Source: Eledone cirrhosa (taxonomy: Eukaryota). From it: a stretch of DNA of 64,000 nucleotides. Location: positions 15,748,001-15,812,000 of the forward strand of contig OZ024764.1 of NCBI GenBank assembly GCA_964016885.1, given 5' to 3'. The notes under the pieces are model-generated. The model worked only from the letters and a program-made list of their open reading frames with translations, did no database searches and was not told where the DNA came from. Positions within the stretch are counted from its first letter, which is position 1. Every line of letters begins with the position of its first letter. The translations under genes and the position numbers were made by a program. Shown piece after piece: positions 55,370-64,000 of this stretch.

Positions 55370-58300
55370 CCACCATACTACCATACCATCATACCATTAC
55401 ATCATTACACCACCATACCACTACATCACTAGACTACCATACCACCAAACCACCATACCACCATACCTTCAAACCACCATACCACCATACCATCAAACCA
55501 CCATACCACCAAGCCACCATACCATCAAACCACCATACCATCAAACCACCAAACCATCAAACCACCATACCACCATACCATCAAACCACCATATCACCAA
55601 ACCACCATACCATCAAACCACCATACCACCAAACCACCATACCATCAAACCACCATACCATCAAACCACCATACCACCAAACCACCATACCATCAAACCA
55701 CCATACCACCAAACCACCATACCACCAAACCACCATACCATCAAACCACCATACCATCAAACCACCAAACCACCATACCACCAAGCCACCATACCACCAT
55801 ACCACCATACCATCAAACCACCATACCATCAAACCACCATACCATCAAACCACCATACCACCATACCATCAAACCACCATACCACCTTACCATCAAACCA
55901 CCAAACCACCACACCACCAAACCACCATACCACCAAACCACCATACCACCATACCATCAAACCATCAAACCACCATACCACCATACCACCAAACCACCAT
56001 ACCACCATACCATCAAACCATCAAACCACCATACCACCATACCACCATACCACCATACCACCATACCACCATACCACCTTACCATCAAACCACCAAACCA
56101 CCATACCACCATACCACCATACCATCAAACCATCAAACCACCATACCACCATACCACCAAACCACCAAACCACCATACCACCATACCATCAAACCATCAA
56201 ACCACCATACCACCATACCACCATACCACCATACCACCAAACCACCTTACCATCAAACCACCAAACCACCATACCACCATACCACCAAACCACCATACCA
56301 CCACACCACCAAACCACCACACCACCACACCACCATACCACCATACCACCAAACCACCATACCACCATACCACCAAACCACCATACCACCAAACCACCAT
56401 ACCACCATACCACCATACCACCATACCACCACACCACCATACCACCAAACCACCATACCACCAAACCACCATACCACCACACCACCAAACCACCACACCA
56501 CCACACCACCACACCACCATACCACCAAACCACCATACCACCAAACCACCATACCACCAAACCACCATACCACCACACCACCATACCACCATACCACCAA
56601 ACCACCATACCACCATACCACCAAACCACCATACCACCAAACCACCATACCACCATACCACCATACCACCATACCACCACACCACCATACCACCATACCA
56701 CCAAACCACCACCAAACCACCACACCACCAAACCACCAAACCACCATACCACCATACCACCAAACCACCATACCACCATACCACCAAACCACCAAACCAC
56801 CATACCACCATACCACCAAACCATCAAACCACCATACCACCATACCACCATACCACCAAACCACCATACCACCAAACCACCAAACCACCATACCACCATA
56901 CCACCATACCACCAAACCACCATACCACCAAACCACCATACCACCATACCAACAAACCATCAAACCACCATACCACCATAACCATCAAACCACCATACCA
57001 CGCATACCACCATACCACCAAACCACCTTACCATCAAACCACCATACCACCATACCATCAAACCATACCACCAAACCACCATACCACCTTACCATCAAAC
57101 CACCAAACCACCATACCACCTTACCATCAAACCACCAAACCACCATACCACCATACCACCAAACCACCATACCACCATACCACCAAACCACCATACCACC
57201 AACCACCATACCACCAAACACCTTACCATCAAACCACCATACCACCATACCATCAAACCATACCACCAAACCCACCATACCCACCTTACCATCAAACCAC
57301 CAAACCACCATACCACCTTACCACAAACCACCAAACCACCATACCACCATACCACCAAACCACCATACCACCATACCACCAAACCACCATACCACCATAC
57401 CACCAAACCACCTTACCATCAAACCACCATACCACCTTACCACCAAACCACCAAACCACCAAACCACCACACCACCAAACCACCTTACCACCATACCACC
57501 AAACCACCACACCACCAAACACCATACCACCACACCACCTTACCACCAAACCACCAACCACCACACCACCAAACCACCATACCACCATACCACCTTACCA
57601 CCAAACCACCACACCACCAAACCACCATACCACCACACCACCTTACCACCAAACCACCACACCACCATACCACCACACCACCAAACCACCATACCACCAC
57701 ACCACCTTACCACCAAACCACCACACCACCATACCACCACACCACCAAACCACCATACCACCACACCACCTTACCACCAAACCACCACACCACCATACCA
57801 CCATACCACCACACCACCAAACCACCATACCACCACACCACCAAACCACCAAACCACCAACCCACCACACCACCAAACCCACCAAACCACCTTACCACCA
57901 AACACCACACCACCAAACCACCATACCACCATACCACCAAACCACCACACCACCACACCACCATACCACCACACCACCATACCACCACACCACCAAACCA
58001 CCATACCACCAAACCACCAACCACCTTACCACCAAACCACCAAACCACCAAACCACCATACCACCAAACCACCAACCACCTTCCACCAAACCACCATACC
58101 ACCATACCACCAAACCACCAAACCACCAACCACCATACCACCATACCACCAAACCACCACACCACCAAACCACCACACCACCATACCACCACACACCAAA
58201 CCACCATACCACCAAACCACCAAACCACCTTACCACCAAACCACCAAACCACCAAACCACCACACCACCAAACCACCATACCACCACACCACCTTACCAC

Positions 58301-58710
58301 CACACCACCTTACCACCAAACCACCACACCACCAAACCACCACACCACCAAACCACCACACCACCAAACCACCAAACCACCACACCACCACACCACCACA
58401 CCACCACACCACCTCACCACCATACCACCATGCACCACACCACCCACACCACCACACCACCAAACCACCATACCACCACACCACCACACCACCACACCAC
58501 CAAACCACCATACCACCAAACCACCACACCACCAAACCACCACACCACCATACCACCACACCACCAAACCACCATACCACCAAACCACCAAACCACCTTA
58601 CCACCAAACCACCATACCACCACACCACCAAACCACCAAACCACCTTACCACCAAACCACCATACCACCATACCACCAAACCACCATACCACCTTACCAC
58701 CAAACCACCT
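55370..58710. repeat. ~8-bp-based (ACCACCAT/ACCACCAA/ACCATCAA)n complex repeat
   Basis: Direct inspection; explains the VVWW and TIPP ORFs. Confidence 0.95.
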
Positions 58711-60243
58711 TTATAGTGGAGTCTGGAGACTGGAGAGGTAGATCAATATACATATATATATATATTAGCAGGTGTCACTGGCCATCATCTGCGAGAATGG
58801 TTTTGTCGTCTTGCCCCGCGAGACGCAGCACTTCTGCCCCCTTGCCCTAGGCCCAAACTCCAATCACCCCCCCCCCCCCCCCCCCCTACACACACACCCT
58901 ACCTCCCCCCCCACTCCCACCAACACCACCCCTTTCTCTGTAAAGTTATGTTGGTACCACAACATCCAGACCAAACTAAGGTCGTGTAGGTGTCACGATA
59001 AAATAACACACAGTCCACACTGTTATGTGGTTCATGTAGGTAACACGGTAAAAAGGCTCCCAGTCTACACTGTAAAGTGGTCATGTAGGGGACACAGTAA
59101 AAAGGCTCCCAGTCCACACTGTAGAGTGGTCATGTAGGGGACACAGTGAAAAGGCTCCCAGTCCACACTGTAGAGTGGTCATGTAGGTGACACAGTGAAA
59201 AGGCTCCCAGTCCACACTGTAAAGTGGTCATGTAGGTGACTCAACAAAAGGCTCCCAGTCCACACTGTAAAGAGGTCGTGTAGGGGGACACAGTAAAAAG
59301 GCTCCCAGTCTACACTGTAAAGTGGTCATGTAGGGGACACAGTAAAAAGGCTCCCAGTCCACACTGTAGAGTGGTCATGTAGGTGACACAGTGAAAAGGC
59401 TCCCAGTCCACACTGTAAAGTGGTCATGTAGGTGACTCAACAAAAGGCTCCCAGTCCACACTGTAAATGTGGTTGGTGTTAGGAAGGGCATCCAGCCGTA
59501 GAAAACCTGCCAGATAGTCCTATACGAGGAGACACAGTCACCCGACCAATCTTGCCTCAAGTGAGGAAATTCCCGTCTAACCCATGCTAGCGTGGAAGAT
59601 GGATGTTAAACGATGATGATGATGATATGCCATATAAAGTTTTTGCCCACTTCTTTTCTGTATATTGAACAAGGCCACTTCCCTGGTGAGGTGAGACACT
59701 TGTCATCTTTCCTACTTTCTAAATATTTAGGTTTTCCCAAATTTAATCTAATCACTTTTGATTTTAAGTTCTGTTTCCCCAGCTGGAATTTCTTCTTAAG
59801 TTCTTCTACAACTTCCGTTATAAGAACTAGATCATTAGAATACAGAAGTTCCCATGGACAGCCAGTCGTAAAAGATCAACAAAAGCTAAATATAGTCTCT
59901 TATTCTTAGTTAAGATTCTCTTGTAGTTGCCTCACTAAGAAGAGGGCATCTGTTGTAATCATCCTTGGCACAAAACTGGACAGCAGGCCTGATAATGGTG
60001 TGAGTAGCTGCTGTTTAACAATATACTATAGAGACTGCACAAGACATTAGATGCTGCTGGTATATATATATATATATATATATGAACGTATATATATATA
60101 TATATATACGGCATCCAGCCGTAGAAAACCTGCCAGACAGTCCTATACGAGCAAGACAACCAATCTTGCCTCAAGTGGGAAAATTCCCGTCCAAACCCAT
60201 GCAAGCGTGGAAGATGGACGTTAAACGATGATGATGATGATGA

Positions 60244-60277
<34 letters not shown>

Positions 60278-60416
60278 CCAAAGATTAATATGGTTCGTTG
60301 ATTACTCATCGAATACAATATTACAATAGATTAGAAGCACTCAACAGTAGATTTTCCTGGAGTTTTTAATATTATTCAAAATATTAATAAATGAAAAATA
60401 TTCTCATAATCAAATT

Positions 60417-60485
60417 ATATATTTTGTCTGATGAAAACGTACTTAAACACCATTGTACCTTTGAAATATGTATAATAAAATATAT
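60417..60485 (+). ncRNA. Minimal type I hammerhead motif, diverged family A copy
   Basis: atatattttgt-CTGATGA-aaacgtac...gtaccttt-GAAA-tatgta-TA-ataaaatatat; 11-bp stem I including one G-U pair. Confidence 0.72.
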
Positions 60486-60984
60486 TTTGATTATGAGAAT
60501 ATTTTTCATTTATTAACATTTTGAATAATATATTTATATATATCATCATCATCATCATCATCATTTTACGTCCGCTTTTCCCTGCTTGCAAGGGTGGGAC
60601 GAGTGCTGGGTGCTTTTTTGCCGTGGCACCTCCACGGCCACTTTGCAGTGGAATGATAGGGACCCCAGTCCCTATCATCTCATTTCTACAGCTGAGTAAA
60701 CTGGAGCAATGTGAAATAAAGTGTCTTGCTCAAGGAAACAACACATCACCCGGTCTGAGAATTGAACTCACAACCTTTCGATTGCAAGGCCAATGCTCTA
60801 ACCACTAAGCCATGTGCCTCCATTATATATATATATGAATCATTAGAACATCTGACTTATAAAATGACAAGTCAGTCAATCATATTAGTGGCCCACCCAC
60901 AACCCCAGCAGACAGAATGGAGAAGGCATTTCCCTGGAGGACGGCAAGGGAGACGCGCTGGAAAAGCCATTCCAGCTCGCGAGA

Positions 60985-61548
60985 CTCACACCTGCCGCTG
61001 GCCAGCTCACACCTGCGACTGGCCAGCTCACACCTGCGGTTGGCCAGCTCACACCTGCCGCTGGCCAGCTCACACCTGCGACTGGCCAGCTCACACCTGC
61101 CGCTGGTCAGCTCACACCTGCGACTGGTCAGCTCACACCTGCGACTGGTCAGCTCACACCTGCGACTGGTCAGCTCACACCTGCGACTGGTCAGCTCACA
61201 CCTGCGACTGGTCAGCTCACACCTGCGACTGGCCAGCTCACACCTGCTGCTGGCCAGCTCACACCTGCCGCTCACACCTGCCGCTGGTCAGCTCACACCT
61301 GCCGCTGGTCAGCTCACACCTGCGACTGGTCAGCTCACACCTGCCGCTGGCCAGCTCACACCTGCGACTGGCCAGCTCACACCTGCGACTGGCCAGCTCA
61401 CACCTGCCGCTGGTCAGCTCACACCTGCCGCTGGTCAGCTCACACCTGCCGCTGGCCAGCTCACACCTGCCGCTGGCCAGCTCACACCTGCGACTGGCCA
61501 GCTCACACCTGCCGCTGGCCAGCTCACACCTGCGACTGGCCAGCTCAC
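60985..61548. repeat. 21-bp minisatellite (ctcacacctgccgctggccag)n, ~27 units, continuous with the CRE-like fragment
   Basis: 21-bp periodicity; the minus-strand frame (ELASRRC)n runs into ESRELEWLFQRVSLAVLQGNA. Confidence 0.9.
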
Positions 61549-61549
61549 A

Positions 61550-61830
61550 TATCCTCTATTTTGACTTTTTCTTAATTAGCTGTGCTATAACTCTGTCCAT
61601 CACTTTCATAACTTGGTCCATTAGTTTTATTCCTCTATAGTTGCTCCTCTCTTGGACATCATCTTTACCCTTGTAGCAATTTATGATTGTACTGCCGCAC
61701 CAGTCATTGGCTATGACTCTGTCCTGTATTACTTGATTTACTATATAGGTTGCTAGTTTGACTCCTACTTCTCCAGGTGCTTTTAGCATCTCAGCAAATA
61801 TGTCTGATGGTCCCGCATCTTTACCAAGGA
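61550..61830 (-). pseudogene. RTE LINE fragment (N-terminal part of the RT domain)
   Basis: GKDAGPSDIFAEMLKAPGEVGV...DWCGSTIINCYKGKDDVQERSNYRGIKLMDQVMKVMDRVI. Confidence 0.8.
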
Positions 61831-62089
61831 AGATAAGTTACAGGTGAGGTGCATGGTAGAAGTGAGCAACAGGTTCAATGTTGTGTGTGGGGAGTCAGAG
61901 GAGAGAGAAATTGTGGACTGAGGAGTGTGTGACGAGGAGGTATGTGTACTTCACCACTGCAGTGGCAGAAGCAAGTGAGGCCCTGGTTCTGAGGAGAGAG
62001 AGAGGAAAAGGAGAGATGACAGCTCTGCAGACCCAGAAGTGTGTGCAGCCAGAGAACACCTGAAAGCTGCCAAGGACCAATTCCATGCT

Positions 62090-63655
62090 GATCTTATCGA
62101 AGAGAGTAAGAAGTATGTGGCGTTAAGAACTGTGTATTGCTTACACTGAGGTCAGAGAGGAGGAGCTGATGGAGAAGATTAGGAGTATAGAAAGAGTAAT
62201 TGACGCGTGTAACTGTAAAGGGAGTTGGACGGTCATTAACGAGATGACAGGGAGGAAGAGAGGGAGTTTGAATCAGATCCGGGACACAGGGCCCAAGTAT
62301 AGGAAAAGGAAGTGGCTGGATCATTTTAAGACACTACCAGGAGAGCCACCTTCCACAGCCCAGAATACTGGGGAGATCAAACAGCTGTGTGAGGAACTGG
62401 ATATTGAGACAGGACCCTTCGCCAGAGAGGAGCTTAAGAGAGCCAAGAAGAAGATCAAGGAGGGCAAGGCCCATGGAGAAGATAGAGTGGCATCAGAGGT
62501 GATGAAGAGGTGTTATTTTGATGATATCATCCTGGAGCTCTGTAACCAGGCACTGGAGAAAGGAGTCTATCAGTAACATCGTCCCAGTGCCAAAGAAGGG
62601 AGATCTCTCTAACACCAACAACTACAGGGGGAACTCACTGATGTCACTTGTGGCAAACACCCTCAACCGGATGATTCTTAACAGGATCCAGCCCGAGATG
62701 GAGAAGCTCAGGGACAACCAGAATGGCTTCAGAGAGGGAAGATCAACCACCAGTCACATCCTGATGCTGAGGAGGATATTAGAGGGAGCTAGAGCAAAGA
62801 CCCTTCCTGCTCTCATGGTTTTCATTGACTTCAGGAAGGCCTTTGATTCTGTGGACCGTCACAGCCTGATGAAGATCTTACAGGCTTATGGAATCCCCAA
62901 GAAGATAGTGGACCTGATACCACTGCTTTACACCAACTCCAAAGCCCAAGTCATTACACCTGATGGGATGACAGAGCTCTTTGAGATACTGGCTGGAGTG
63001 CTCCAGGGAGATACATTGGCTCCCTACCTTTTTATCATCGTAGTGGACTATTGTATGCGTCTTGCGCTGGAGAAACACCAGGACTCGGGCTTTACTGTAA
63101 CACCGGCTCAGAGCAGGAGAGTTAAGGCTAAAAAGATATCAGATGCTGAATTTGGTGACTACATAGTTCTGGTGACAAACACAGTGAAGGAGGCAGAGGA
63201 GTTGAGGCAGGGGGTGGAGACTGTGTTGATGAGTGTGGGGCTGAGACTGAATGAGAGTAAGATGAAATATCTGGTACAGAACATTAAGAAGCCAGAGAAG
63301 ATTACGAATGTAGGCGGGAAGCTGCTAGAATTGGTTGAGGACTTCCTGTACCTGGGAGCAAAGATTGGGAACACAGAGGATGGTGTGGTGGAGAGGAAGA
63401 GCAAAGCTTGAGTGGCGTGTCACAGCTTGAGGTTGGTGTAGAAATCGGACCTTCGTAAAGACCCGAAGATCCGTCTCTTCGTCATATCTTTGTCCACATG
63501 CCCAAATGAAGGGCTAGTTTAAAATGCAGTCAGTGCTCCTGTGGGAGCCCCTACATGGACACACTAGAAGAGGGAGACCAAGGTTGACATATGTTGATGC
63601 CCTAAGGACAGACACTGGTCTGTTGGAGACCCAGGACATGGTGGCGATGATGACA
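62090..63655 (+). pseudogene. Degenerate non-LTR (RTE-group) reverse transcriptase ORF
   Basis: IVPVPKKGDLS..NYRG, QNGFREGRST, FIDFRKAFDSV, GVLQGDTLAPYLF; catalytic (Y/F)ADD degenerated to FGDY; frameshift near 62575, stop at 63409; tail WEPLHGHTRRGRPRLTYVD. Confidence 0.9.
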
Positions 63656-63661
63656 CAGCAC

Positions 63662-63932
63662 GTCTCTCTCTCTCCCACTCTCTCCATCTCTCTCTCTCTC
63701 TTTGTCTCTCTCTCCCACTCTCTCCATCTCTCTCTCTCTCTCGTCTCTCCCTCTCCATCTCTCTCTCTCTCTCTCTTTGTCTCTCCATCTCTCTCTCTCT
63801 CTCTCCCACTCTCTCCATCTCTCTCTCTCTCTCTCCCACTCTCTCTCTCTCTTTGTCTCTCCCTCTCTCTCTCCCACTCTCTCCATCTCTCTCTCTCTCT
63901 CTCTCCCACTCTCTCTCTCTCTCTCTCCCACT

Positions 63933-63963
<31 letters not shown>

Positions 63964-64000
63964 CCACTCTCTCCATCTCTCTCTCTCTCTCGTCTCTCCC
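63662..64000. repeat. (CT)n-rich compound microsatellite
   Basis: Direct inspection. Confidence 0.95.

Noticed and set aside
55290-58741. TIPP and VVWW repetitive ORFs (mucin-like or extensin-like)
   Set aside because: Open in multiple frames on both strands, no splice or unique-domain support; simple repeat.
62518-63411. Functional reverse transcriptase, or the enzyme mobilising the ribozyme elements
   Set aside because: Catalytic motif degenerated to FGDY, frameshifted and truncated; it is an RTE-group LINE, not Penelope-type.

Overview
Eukaryotic, very repeat-rich (TA/CA microsatellite-laden) genomic DNA; the repeat repertoire (CORE-type and Meta-type tRNA SINEs, RTE LINEs with (GAT)n tails) suggests an octopod cephalopod (inference). 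The only host gene I can support is the 3' part of an MFSD4-like major facilitator transporter: 9 GT-AG exons on + from 1087 to 18840 that splice in frame to 392 aa plus stop. Nearly all long ORFs in the track are microsatellite or minisatellite artefacts. The rest is a mosaic of degenerate retroelements (RTE LINEs, RLE-type R4/Dong-like and CRE-like fragments), SINEs, piggyBac-like MITEs, Helitron ends and TE-derived minisatellites. The most striking hidden feature is a dense set of about 20 type I hammerhead ribozyme (HHR) motifs from about 10 distinct sequence families. They sit in short AT-rich elements next to (TA)n tracts and are often arranged as fold-back inverted repeats, the architecture known for Penelope-like element pseudo-LTRs. 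The set includes minimal HHRs with palindromic stem III, HHRs with long stem II insertions, and core variants (U3-A8 in two families, U4A in one). Several lie in the sense strand of MFSD4-like introns. All ribozyme calls are by eye; activity is untested.
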